A DNA stretch of 64,000 nt from an uncultured Bacillota bacterium (GCA_963823655.1 CAWGMK010000010.1:1-64000); one strand, 5' to 3'; positions 11,801 through 21,046 are shown, numbered from the stretch's first letter. A program made the numbers and translations. Notes: a model not told the origin generated them from the letters alone.

Positions 11801-12477
11801 GTGACGCTCTGTTCGGCTCCTTCCGCAGGCCGAGCAGGCCGTCGGCGAGCTCGTTCGCCTTCTGCCGTGCCTCGCGGCCCCGGACGATCGAGCTCAGCCA
11901 GGCGGCGCAGGTTCTCGACCAGAACGATGCGCAGGCTGATGGCGATGGCCCAGAGCTCCCCGATCGTCAGCGGCTCGACCCGCTGGTAGGCGTCCACGAA
12001 ACGGTGCAGGCTCTCCGCGTCGAAGCGGCTGTCGGTATGAGCGACGTACGCCCAGGCCAGCCCGACGACCCGGGGATATCCCTGGAGATGGCCCTCGGCG
12101 AGCTTGGGCAGCTCGCGGTAGTAGTCCGCGGGCAGATCGTCGCGGATCTCGCGCAGCTGCTCGTCCACGATGTGGAAGTTGTCGACGAGCCATTCAGCGG
12201 CAGGCGTGATCGGCGCGCTCGTCCTTGATGGCACGTGCCAGTGCGCGGTAGGAGGCGAGCAGGACGCGCCCATTCTCAGTGACGCGGGGCCGAAGGGCGT
12301 ATCCGCGGCGAGGATCGTCGGCTGGTCGCCTGTGCGGCGGCGAGCGACGCGCCATGCTGCTCAAGCCGCTCGATGCTGAAGAGCTCTGCGAGGATCGGCT
12401 CTTCGAGGCCGTCCGTGGATGCCGACCGGACCACGCACGCTGGTCGGCCAGCCACGGAGACGTCGGATCGATCTCAT
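8856..12477 (-). CDS. ndvB: Cyclic beta-1,2-glucan synthase (NdvB/ChvB/Cgs), N-terminal ~1200 aa only; frameshifted and truncated
   Basis: AELFSIERLEQH, PAAEWLVDNFHIV, WMGWERKRGKLHE, YVITLDSDT, GIDPYASAVSDVYQDLFGEGTYTGKGIYD, LLSHDLLEG, RQHRWARGDWQ, AHRTSPTNIGMYLLS; C-terminal GH94-like half absent. Confidence 0.88.
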
Positions 12478-12759
12478 GGGCTGATCCTCAGCGCGTCGCT
12501 GAGGCCTCTGCTACGCCGCGACGCCCGTCGACGGTCTGGTGCCACTCGATGATACGCGGTCGGATGGTCCGCTCCACACCCCCGGGCGGGCACCGGCGCC
12601 AGATCGGAGCCGCGCCGAGGTCCGCTCGCGGCAGGCCAGGCGTCGAAGGCGCCTGGCCGACTGCACGGGATGGGGACAGGTGAGACGCCGTCGCCAGACA
12701 TGATCGGACATCCCTCGCGGTCGGGCAAAGCCCGGTTCGCGAGGGGATCATCCTGTCAT

Positions 12760-13478
12760 CTATCCCTGCGCGGCCTCCTCCAGGACGCTGAGGCGCTCCG
12801 CCAGTCTGTCGAGGCGCTTCATCATCTCGTCGGTGGCCGACTCGCTGTCGGTCACGCGTGAACGGAGATTGGCCGCGTCCACGTCACCGACCTGGGCCCG
12901 AAGGTCCTTGACATCGGTCACCAATTCATCGAGAGACTCACGAAGGGCGATGAGGTCACGCTCGGTGAGGCGCTCCGCCAGCACCACCGTCGGGACAGGG
13001 AACGCTTCGTCCGTCCCCGTCCACGCCTGCTCGAGCTCCCCGCAGCGCTGCACGACCGGGAACTCCAGGACGGCACCCGCTTCGTCCGGGAAGCGCAGCC
13101 GCAGGCCGAACTCGAGGAACTGGCCGTCCTCGAGTGGTCCGCCGGTCCAGCGCACAAGTGAGATCGGCGGTTCGGCGTCCACGCCCTCCTGTCCTTCGGT
13201 CACGGCGGTCTCGGTCTCCACCATCCAGCCCGGCACGGCCTCGGGGATGGGGTTCTCCACGGACGCCGGGATGGTGACCTCGAGAGCATCGGTCGGACTC
13301 CCGTCACAGCCCTCGTGGACCTGGAAGTGGATGACGAAGGTGCTGCCCGCTGGCACGATGCCGCCCTCGGGGATCCTGACGCCTTGGGCGGGTGCCGCCA
13401 GCACCATGAGCATGACCGCGCCTAATCCTGCGGCGGTGATGAGACGGGGCCGCCTCACGTTCCTCGAGTGTTCTTCAT
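12760..13478 (-). CDS. YcnI/DUF1775-domain secreted protein with C-terminal coiled coil
   Basis: Signal peptide; FQVHEGCDGSPTDALEVTIP, VPGW, VRWTGG, FPVVQRC...W motifs; AGGAGG before ATG 13478 (probable frameshift near start). Confidence 0.75.
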
Positions 13479-13547
13479 CTCGGACCTCCTGACGATGCGA
13501 GCCGAGCGAGGTCGATGGACCGACCTTCGCGTCGAGTACTGGCACAG

Positions 13548-13585
13548 TGCAGGGTCGGCGCCGTGTCGTCATGACTAGCCGTCAT
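13548..13585 (-). promoter_or_regulatory. Promoter with shared ATGAC-N5-GTCAT operator upstream of the YcnI gene
   Basis: Minus strand ATGACGGCTAGTCATGACG-N17-CACTGT, same layout as the promoters at 15364 and 17247. Confidence 0.6.
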
Positions 13586-13847
13586 CTGACGATGGATGCC
13601 GGCGGGCGTCGCACCCGCTCGATCGGCAAGACCAAAGAAAGGTTCCTGCGCGGTTAGGCCGGGCCGGCGGACGCGCCGCGCGACAAGCACTGCTGTGGGG
13701 GCACCGTCGATCCCCCGGGGACCCTCAGCCGCTAGAATCGCCGTGGTCCGGACGGGCTGGCGAGGCGTCAGTCGGTGCCCGTGCGCGGGTGGGGTCCTGC
13801 CAGGGGTCGGCGCGTCGGGATGGACGTCGGAGGGACAAGCCAGTGAC

Positions 13848-14626
13848 GGTGGATCACGCGGAGACCCGCTCAGGTGGATCGCTCCGCGCCCTGGTGCTCC
13901 ACGAGCGCCCGCTGGTGGTGGACCTCATCGAGCTGACGCTCAACCACGGCCTCTTCGTCGTGCGGGCGGCGCGCAGCCTGGCCGAGGCGAACACCATCCT
14001 GTCCGAGTGGCAGCCGCACCTCGCGGTGGTCGACATGGACCATGACGACAGCAGCGCCATGCTCGAGCGCGTCGGCGCCTCGAACACCCTCACCCGGAGC
14101 GTCACGCCGGTCCTGGGTCTCACCCGCCGCGGCGACCTCAAGACGAAGTTGCGGGCCTTCGAGCTCGGGGTCGACGACATCCTGGCGGTGCCCTTCTCGC
14201 CCGAGGAGCTGCTGGCGCGCTCCGTCGTCATCACGCGTCGCGCGTCGGGCACCGATCGGCCCATCGTGCCCACCATCCGCCTCGGTGAAGATCGAGATCG
14301 ACATCGTCGATCGCCAGGTGCGCGCTGGCGACACCGTCGTCCACCTCAGTGGCATCGAGCAGAGCCTGCTCTACCTCCTGGCCAGTCGTGCCGGACGGGT
14401 CGTCTCGCGCGATGACATCCTCGATGTCATCTGGGGCACGGACTTCGTGGCCGAGAGCAACGTCGTCGATCGCCACATCCGGAGCCTGCGCGTCAAGCTC
14501 CAGGACGACTATCGCCATCCGCGCTTCATCGCCACGGTCCCCGGCCAGGGCTACCGCTTCATCCCCACGTTCTCCAACGCGGGATGGGACGGCGGAGGCG
14601 AGCCGAGCGAAACGCCGAGCCACTGA
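13848..14626 (+). CDS. OmpR/PhoB-family response regulator, atypical receiver, no adjacent kinase; one frameshift near 14290
   Basis: Receiver fold plus winged helix 'SRDDILDVIWG...ESNVVDRHIRSLRVKL...FIATVPGQGYRF'. Confidence 0.88.
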
Positions 14627-14692
14627 GCGCCGCAGATCAATCGCGGATGCGATCGGATCTGGTGTCCTGGTCGTCGCGTGGTGGAACGGCAG

Positions 14693-15223
14693 CTACAAGC
14701 GACGGGCAGGGCGCCGGCGACGACGGAGTGCCTCACCGTCCGTCTCCTTCGGCACGACGCTGACCGACCCATCCTGCTCCAGCACCACCAGCCGCGCATC
14801 CTCGATCCGCTCCAGGCCGTGCTGTCGCAGCGCTGCCGCGAGGTCCTCGGGGTCCAGGTCCTCGCCGTGCACGGCGTCGTCCAGCCAGACCCCGTCGCGG
14901 GCGAGGACCGTCGGCTCAGGCTCCAGGAGACGTCGCAGCCATGGAAGACGCTCGCGCCCCTGCGCGGTGAGCCAATTCAGGGCGAAGACCGTGGCCAGGA
15001 TCACCACGCCGCCGGCGACCGACGTGTCGGGCCCGGTCATCGCGGGCTGCAGCGCGTTCGCCGCGAGAAACAGCAGCACCAAGTCGAAGATGGTGAACTG
15101 GCCGAGCTCGCGCTTGCCGAAGACGCGCAGGACCACGATGAAGACGAGATAGACGATGGCGGTCCGCGCGACCAGCTCGAGCGGCTGGATGCCGAAGTCG
15201 AACAAGGCGGCGGCGTCTCCCAT
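14693..15223 (-). CDS. YetF/DUF421 family membrane protein
   Basis: LRVFGKRELGQFTIFDLV, PTVLARDG, LAAALRQHG, VLEQDGSVSV. Confidence 0.88.
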   Translation of the reverse strand: MGDAAALFDFGIQPLELVARTAIVYLVFIVVLRVFGKRELGQFTIFDLVLLFLAANALQPAMTGPDTSVAGGVVILATVFALNWLTAQGRERLPWLRRLLEPEPTVLARDGVWLDDAVHGEDLDPEDLAAALRQHGLERIEDARLVVLEQDGSVSVVPKETDGEALRRRRRPARRL

Positions 15224-15347
15224 CGTGCTGTGGTCACCGCGCGTCGCGCGATCTCGGTTCAGGCTACCGCAAGCCCGTCGCTGAGCGTCGCCGATGGGAC
15301 GGCGCGCAGGACGAGAGCGAACCACCGACCCATCGAGCGTCTGGCCC

Positions 15348-15405
15348 GTCGTGACCGCCTGTCATGACCGCCTGTCATGACAGGGCGTGGTCGGCACCAC
15401 ACAGT
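15348..15405 (+). promoter_or_regulatory. Promoter with tandem 13-bp operator repeats upstream of glsB-csbD
   Basis: GTCGTGACCGCCT GTCATGACCGCCT GTCATGACA, then ATGACA-N17-CACAGT. Confidence 0.6.
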
Positions 15406-15557
15406 GTCCTCACGTCCACATGGTTCCCCCGGTCCTTGGGTCTGATGACCCCGGGCGCAACGAGGAGACCCTGACCGCATCACGGTCCCGGAAGACCCGG
15501 GCCGAGTGCCCGCAGCGTCGGCCGGTCAGACCACGCACAGCGGAAGGGAGCACGTCC

Positions 15558-15827
15558 ATGGGCATCATCGCCTGGATCGTGGTCGGCGCCATCGCCGGCT
15601 TCATCGCCACGCTCATCATGGGCAACCGAGAGGGCATCCTGATGACGATCATCCTGGGTATCGCCGGGGCCGTCGTGGGCGGCTTCCTCGCGGGGGCCTT
15701 CCTGAACCTCGAGGAGCCCACCGGTATCAACGTCGAGACCATCGTCGTGTCGGTCATCGGCGCGATCATCGTGGTCTTCATCGCGAACCTGCTGCTCGGC
15801 AGGAGCCGCGGCCAGGGCACGGTCTGA
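15558..15827 (+). CDS. GlsB/YeaQ/YmgE (transglycosylase-associated) stress membrane protein
   Basis: MGIIAWIVVGAIAGFIA...IILGIAGAVVGGFL...VSVIGAIIV. Confidence 0.9.
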   Translation: MGIIAWIVVGAIAGFIATLIMGNREGILMTIILGIAGAVVGGFLAGAFLNLEEPTGINVETIVVSVIGAIIVVFIANLLLGRSRGQGTV

Positions 15828-15888
15828 CGCGCCTATGACCCTTCACACGTTCAAGCCAACGTCCAGACAGCCAGCGAAGGAGTCAGCC

Positions 15889-16069
15889 ATGACTGACGAG
15901 CATGTCAAGGGAACGGTCACCGACGTCAAGGGCAAGGTCGAGGAGGCCGCCGGCAAGGTGACCGGCAACGAGGAGCAGGAGGCCCACGGCAAGGCCAAGC
16001 AGGTGCAGGGCGAGGCCCAGAAGGGTCCTGGGCGACGTCCAGGACGCCGTTCGCGGCGACAAGAAGTAG
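15889..16069 (+). CDS. csbD: CsbD family stress protein, copy 1 (one extra C relative to copy 2)
   Basis: MTDEHVKG...KGKVEEAAGKVTGNEEQEAHGKAKQVQGEAQK; otherwise identical to 17706-17885. Confidence 0.88.
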
Positions 16070-16192
16070 CCCCCTCAACCTCCGACACTCGACCGCCTCG
16101 ATCATGTGGGGCTGGGTCTCGAGGTGTTCACCTGGACCCTGCTCCACGCCTCTACCGGCGCTTCGCAGCCGGCGCTACCGAAGGAGATGACT

Positions 16193-16489
16193 GTGGGAAC
16201 CGATGAGTTGACGACAAAGCGGTCGTTCACGAGCGATGAGGCACTCACCGTCGCGACCGAGCTCGGGATCGACTTCGGGGCGCTGCGCTTCGATCTGGAG
16301 CAGTTCCGGATGGGCATGGACGTCGAACTCGAGCACGGGCCCCGAGGCCCGGAGACCGACGTCAGCGGGAACGATCCGATCATCACCGGCAAGATCGCGC
16401 TCGCCCACCTGACGGAGTTCCCGGACTACTACACCCGGTTGGCCGTCCTGGAGCAGGAAGCGCAGGCGCACCTGGCATCGCTGGGGTAA
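16193..16489 (+). CDS. DUF5661 family protein
   Basis: FDLEQFRMGMDVELEHG...TGKIALAHLTEFPDYYTRL. Confidence 0.8.
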   Translation: MGTDELTTKRSFTSDEALTVATELGIDFGALRFDLEQFRMGMDVELEHGPRGPETDVSGNDPIITGKIALAHLTEFPDYYTRLAVLEQEAQAHLASLG

Positions 16490-16541
16490 CGGCCACTGCG
16501 ACCCGTACCCACGACGGACACTGAAGAAAGCGAGGAACCTG

Positions 16542-16961
16542 ATGATCCACCTGACCAGCTGGCTGCGCCCGACGACGGTCGCGCACGCCCATTGCGACAT
16601 CCCCTGCGGCATCTATGACCCGTCTGAGGCCGTCCTGGCCGCCCGCACGGTCGCCCGGATGGTGGAGCTGATCGGCAAGCTCCCCGAGGGCGCGACCGCG
16701 GTGGCCGACCGAAACACGTTCGTCCGCTGTGTCGCCGTCAAGGAGCAGCACGCGGAGAAGGTGAAGCACGAGGTCCAGGTCATCTGGTCCGACTACTTCA
16801 AGCCGGAGCATCTCGCGGCCTTCCCGGATCTGCACACGAAGGTGTGGGAGCTGCTGAAGCTCGCAGGCAAGAACAAGCAGGGCGTCGATGCGCAGGCGGC
16901 GGCCGATCTCGAGGCCGCCACCAAGGAGTTCGCCGACATGTTCTGGGCCACCAAGAAGTAG
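16542..16961 (+). CDS. sodN: Nickel superoxide dismutase precursor
   Basis: Leader peptide then Ni-hook HCDIPCGIYDP; KEQHAEKVKHE, IWSDYFKPEH, FWATKK. Confidence 0.95.
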   Translation: MIHLTSWLRPTTVAHAHCDIPCGIYDPSEAVLAARTVARMVELIGKLPEGATAVADRNTFVRCVAVKEQHAEKVKHEVQVIWSDYFKPEHLAAFPDLHTKVWELLKLAGKNKQGVDAQAAADLEAATKEFADMFWATKK

Positions 16962-17246
16962 GCGACGAGGTCGGCTGGAGCGGGAGGCGGAGGAACGCCG
17001 TGTCCTGGTCGTGCTCGGCGACCAACGCGCAGGGATGCGACCGGCGGCGGGTCCGGCGGGCAAGGGAGGTGGCGACCTGCACCCTGGATGAGCGGGCGAT
17101 GGCCCGCACCCGAGGCACCCAGCCGGCTGGGTCACCCCTCCCCTCCGGCGGGGGTCGGCCGTCGCGGGAAGCCATTGGAGTGTGGCCGCCCTGCTCCAGC
17201 CCGGAGCGGCGTGACGCTTCGTCGATCCGCGATCGTCGCCACCGAG

Positions 17247-17288
17247 ATGACGTGCCGTCATGACACGCCGATGTCGCCGCCACACCAT
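17247..17288 (+). promoter_or_regulatory. Promoter with shared ATGAC-N5-GTCAT operator upstream of the 93-aa ORF and csbD copy 2
   Basis: ATGACGTGCCGTCATGACA-N17-CACCAT. Confidence 0.6.
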
Positions 17289-17352
17289 GGGCTCACGTCC
17301 AAGGGTCCCGCCAGTCCGCTGGGTCTGACGACCCAGGCGCAAGGAGGAGACC

Positions 17353-17634
17353 ATGGCAGTCGACCAGATCGACCGAGAGATCACCTCGCGAGGACACCCG
17401 TCACCCGTGGGTCAGGTCGGTCGCGGTGTCGGCCGTGTCGCCCACGGAGCATCAGCGCTGATCCGGCGCATCCTCGTCCTCGCGCTCGGCCTCATCCAGA
17501 CCGTCATCGCGGCGATCCCGGGCGTGATCCGGTCAGTCGCCAGGACGGCCAGAGGACTCGTGACGCGGGTCGGTGACGCCGCGCTGCGGATCGTGCACAT
17601 GGCCGTCGGCATCTTCCGGCGCGAGTCCGCCTGA
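17353..17634 (+). CDS. Hypothetical 93-aa amphipathic helical protein
   Basis: Strong SD AAGGAGGAG before ATG; intact ORF with 11-residue-like V/A/G periodicity. Confidence 0.65.
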   Translation: MAVDQIDREITSRGHPSPVGQVGRGVGRVAHGASALIRRILVLALGLIQTVIAAIPGVIRSVARTARGLVTRVGDAALRIVHMAVGIFRRESA

Positions 17635-17705
17635 TCCACCACGCCGACCGCATCACGGTCCCGGAAGAAAGCCCACGTCCAGACAGCCAGCGAAGGAGCA
17701 CAGCC

Positions 17706-17885
17706 ATGACTGACGAGCATGTCAAGGGAACGGTCACCGACGTCAAGGGCAAGGTCGAGGAGGCCGCCGGCAAGGTGACCGGCAACGAGGAGCAGGAGGC
17801 CCACGGCAAGGCCAAGCAGGTGCAGGGCGAGGCCCAGAAGGGTCTGGGCGACGTCCAGGACGCCGTTCGCGGCGACAAGAAGTAG
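17706..17885 (+). CDS. csbD: CsbD family stress protein, copy 2 (59 aa, intact)
   Basis: AAGGAG SD; ORF below the track cutoff, read directly: MTDEHVKG...QKGLGDVQDAVRGDKK. Confidence 0.9.
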   Translation: MTDEHVKGTVTDVKGKVEEAAGKVTGNEEQEAHGKAKQVQGEAQKGLGDVQDAVRGDKK

Positions 17886-17999
17886 CCCCCCTGACCCGTT
17901 CAATGGGGTGGCGGCCCGTCGATGCGTCCTCGGGCGCGCTGCCGGGCCGCATCCGCCCAGGGTCCCCCCGAAGCAGCACAGCACAGACCGGAGGATCGG

Positions 18000-18389
18000 A
18001 TGCCCAGCACGATGGCTCGGGCGGACCGCAATGGCACCGCACCCCAGACCGTCATCGGGCGAGCCGCCAGCGTGGCGGGTGACGTCAGCGCACAGGCTCG
18101 TACCACGGCCGTGGACGCCTCGGCGATCGTCGCGGATCACGCGCCGGCAGCCCTGGCCGCCTCGCGTGGGGTGATCGGGGTCGCGCTGGCGGCCCTGCGC
18201 CGAAGTTCCAGCAGTTCGCTGGCACTGGGCACGGTCTTCGCGGCCGGCCTGAGCGGCGGCATGCTGGTGTCACGGGCTCCCCGCGTGCTCGTGGCGCTGG
18301 CCTTGCTGCCCACCCTGCTCCTCGGCGGCACGCTCGTGGGGCGCGGGACCACCCGGCTCGACGAGCCGTCTCGCAGAGCGCGCAGTTGA
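18000..18389 (+). CDS. Hypothetical membrane protein
   Basis: GGAGG SD; Ala-rich N-half and two hydrophobic C-terminal segments. Confidence 0.6.
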   Translation: MPSTMARADRNGTAPQTVIGRAASVAGDVSAQARTTAVDASAIVADHAPAALAASRGVIGVALAALRRSSSSSLALGTVFAAGLSGGMLVSRAPRVLVALALLPTLLLGGTLVGRGTTRLDEPSRRARS

Positions 18390-18432
18390 CGCCTGGTCCG
18401 AGGCGGACCACACGGTCACCAAGGAGATCGCC

Positions 18433-18936
18433 ATGACCACCAAGAATGCATCGGTCCGTTCGTTCACGACGAGCGTCGACATCCCGGCAGACGACCGAGC
18501 GAAGATCAACCGGATCCTCAACCAGCACCTGGCCGATGCCTTCGACCTCACGAGCCAGGTCAAGCAGGCCCACTGGAACGTGAAGGGCTCGGACTTCTGG
18601 CAGCTTCACAAGCTGTTCGATGAGGTCGCCGAGCGGGCCGCCGAATGGGTCGATGAGTTCGCGGAGCGCGTCACTGCCCTGGGTGGCTATGCCACGGGCA
18701 CGGTCCGCATGGCCGCGGCCTCCAGCACGCTGCCGGAGTTTCCGACCGAGATCACAGAGAGCATGGACTACGTCCGGGCCGTCGCGGAGCGCCTGGCATC
18801 CTTCACCAACTCCGCTCGCGCAGCGATCGATCAGACCGACGAGCTGGGCGATGCCGACACGGCGGACCTCTTCACCGAGGTCAGTCGCTGCGCCGACAAG
18901 TACCTCTACTTCCTCGAGGCGCACCTACAGGGCTAG
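18433..18936 (+). CDS. dps: DNA starvation/stationary phase protection protein Dps
   Basis: KQAHWNVKG..F.QLHKLFDE, DEFAERVTALGG, DADTADLFTEVSR..DKYLYFLEAH. Confidence 0.95.
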   Translation: MTTKNASVRSFTTSVDIPADDRAKINRILNQHLADAFDLTSQVKQAHWNVKGSDFWQLHKLFDEVAERAAEWVDEFAERVTALGGYATGTVRMAAASSTLPEFPTEITESMDYVRAVAERLASFTNSARAAIDQTDELGDADTADLFTEVSRCADKYLYFLEAHLQG

Positions 18937-19073
18937 CGGACCCCTCCGAATCCATACTCGTCACGGAGCATCCCATGCCACTCCCACGGACCGTGCTCAC
19001 CGCCCAGAGCGTTGAGCGGTGGAACCCTCCCCAGACCGATGCCGGTGCCTTCGGGCGCTTGGCAAGGAGCCAG

Positions 19074-19325
19074 ATGAACGAGTCGCCTCTGGCCGTGTGC
19101 TTCCCGCGCGACGACGGCGAGTTCGCCGCGCGGGTCCAGACCCTCCTCGAGGGTTCGCATCCCGAGTGGCCGTTCGCGGCCGCCGTCCAGGCGCTCCTGC
19201 GCGAGGCCTACCCACTGGCCGTGATCTCCCCACGCCACGAGCTCGCCGGCCGCGATGGCCGACGGGTGTGGCATGCGTTCCGCGACTTCTCGACCGTGCT
19301 CGACGTCGAGGGGGATACCTCGTGA
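19074..19325 (+). CDS. Small hypothetical protein
   Basis: AAGGAG SD; GTGA overlap with next ORF. Confidence 0.55.
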   Translation: MNESPLAVCFPRDDGEFAARVQTLLEGSHPEWPFAAAVQALLREAYPLAVISPRHELAGRDGRRVWHAFRDFSTVLDVEGDTS

Positions 19326-19822
19326 AGCTGCAGGCGCAGGCCGTCCTCCGGCGGGCGGACCTCGCGGCGCCATTGCGCCTCGTGGGCGTCCTCATGGCGG
19401 GCGCGTTCCATCCGCTCACGGCCCAGGACGCCTGGGGCCCGCTGCATCTCGAGATGGGCCTGGTAGCGCTGGCTCCCCTGACCCCGGTCGTCGCGGCGGA
19501 CCCGGGCGCGGGCGCCGTCGAGGCGATGGTGGAGGCCCGCGGGCACTGGAGCGATCCGGAGGCGGGCAGCGGCGCGCAGCTCTCGTGGGTGCCCATCGAT
19601 CAGGTGCGCGACGTGGCGGAGGAGGACATCCACGCCCTCATCGCCCGGATGAGCATCGCCAACGACGAGCGCACCAGTGAGACACCCAGCACACCGCCCT
19701 ATCACCGGGCAGCGCGCGAGCTGGAGCGGCTCGCCTCGCTGGTCTATGAGGCCACGAGCGCCGAGGAGCGCATGGCGGAGGATGCGGCACGCCGGGAGCC
19801 AGAGCGTCGTCCAGGGCGATGA
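19322..19822 (+). CDS. Hypothetical protein
   Basis: Translationally coupled to the upstream ORF; GC3-biased codon usage. Confidence 0.55.
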   Translation: MKLQAQAVLRRADLAAPLRLVGVLMAGAFHPLTAQDAWGPLHLEMGLVALAPLTPVVAADPGAGAVEAMVEARGHWSDPEAGSGAQLSWVPIDQVRDVAEEDIHALIARMSIANDERTSETPSTPPYHRAARELERLASLVYEATSAEERMAEDAARREPERRPGR

Positions 19823-20030
19823 TGCGACCGCTCGTGGGGAAGATGCCCGCCACGTCAGTGCGCCGCCCGATCTGACGATCGCATCCAGCGCCGGGCGGAG
19901 GGCGAGGTCGACACGGAGACCTGGACCCACGCTTCGAGACGCCAATGCCTGGCGGTCCCAGGTCACGTACGTCTTCGCTGATCCCGGATGCTGGAGACGC
20001 CCGGCACGGCGACCGGGCATCCCCGTCCCG

Positions 20031-21046
20031 TCAGCTCACCGCGCGCAGGACGCGGCACGCACGCAGCGTGACCCAGCGACTGGGCGCCCCGGGCACGTCG
20101 ATATCGACGACCATCTTGCCCGCGTAGGCGTAGCGGTTCGCCCAGCGCCCATGGTCGTCCTGCTGGGCCAGCAGCCAGTCGACGGCATGCGCCAGCCGGG
20201 GGTCTCGCCCGGCGCCGGCCTCGGCGAGCGCTTCGAGCACCTGGAGGACATCGCTGACGTAGCCCGACGGGAAGCCGAGCCGGAACCACGAGCCGTTCGG
20301 CTTGGTGTTGCCGTAGCCCATCGGGTAGTCGGCGATGGCCGGGTCGCGGGAGAGGAGGAAGTCGACGGAGGCCTCGATGGCCCGGTCGACGGTCGGGCGA
20401 GCGCCGATCCGACGGGATCCGCGCCAGGGCCAGCAGTGCCTTCGCCGCGCCCCAGGCGCACGGCAGCCCATCGTTCGCGCCGCAACGGAAGCCGGGCCCC
20501 GGCGTGGTCGCATTCCAGTGTGGGTCGCCCTCGCCGGTGATGGCCGCTGCCTGCCAGGCGATGGCACGCTCGACCCGCTCGTCGTCGAGCCAGCCGAAGC
20601 CGATGAGCGCGCGGAGCAGGTTGCCGGTGAGGCAGTGGAGGACGAGCCCGGGCGGGGGCGGCTTCTCACTGGCGACGCGCCGAACAGGCGAAGCCGCCGG
20701 TCCGTGCCTGGCTGTGGGCGAGGACGTAGGCGCACGCGGCCCGGACCCGCGGCTCGTCGGGATCGGCGCCGAGCTGGTCGAGGAAGATGAGCGACCAGAC
20801 GGTGCCCCGGTACTTGGGCCCGTAGCCCGGTCCGGGCTTCTCCCACCAGCCGGCCGGGTCCTGTGCGGCGAGGATCGTCGCGATCGGGTCGCTCTGGGTG
20901 GCGGCGTCGCGGGCGGTCCGCACGTCGGGGTCGTCCGCTGCGCGCCCCAGGAGGTCGCGGAGTGCGCGGTGCCGCACTGCCGGGACGGCCTCGTCGAGCA
21001 GCCACGGCAGCGGGTCGCCCCGCAGGCGGTCGCGCCAGTCGCCCAT
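20031..21046 (-). CDS. Prenyltransferase/squalene-cyclase repeat (alpha/alpha toroid) protein; frameshifted
   Basis: DPLPWLLDE..PAVRHRALRDLL, ILAAQDPAGWW, YGPKY, WLLAQQDDHGRW, PSRWVTLRA. Confidence 0.7.

Noticed and set aside
15438-15470. Hammerhead ribozyme core CTGATGA
   Set aside because: No stem II followed by GAAA; the motif sits in a simple GGGTC/GACCC hairpin and differs in the second copy.
20021-20050. Second ydaO riboswitch 3' motif (CCCGTCAGCTCACC)
   Set aside because: It is the reverse complement of the last codons and stop of the minus-strand gene; no 5' half and no downstream plus-strand gene.
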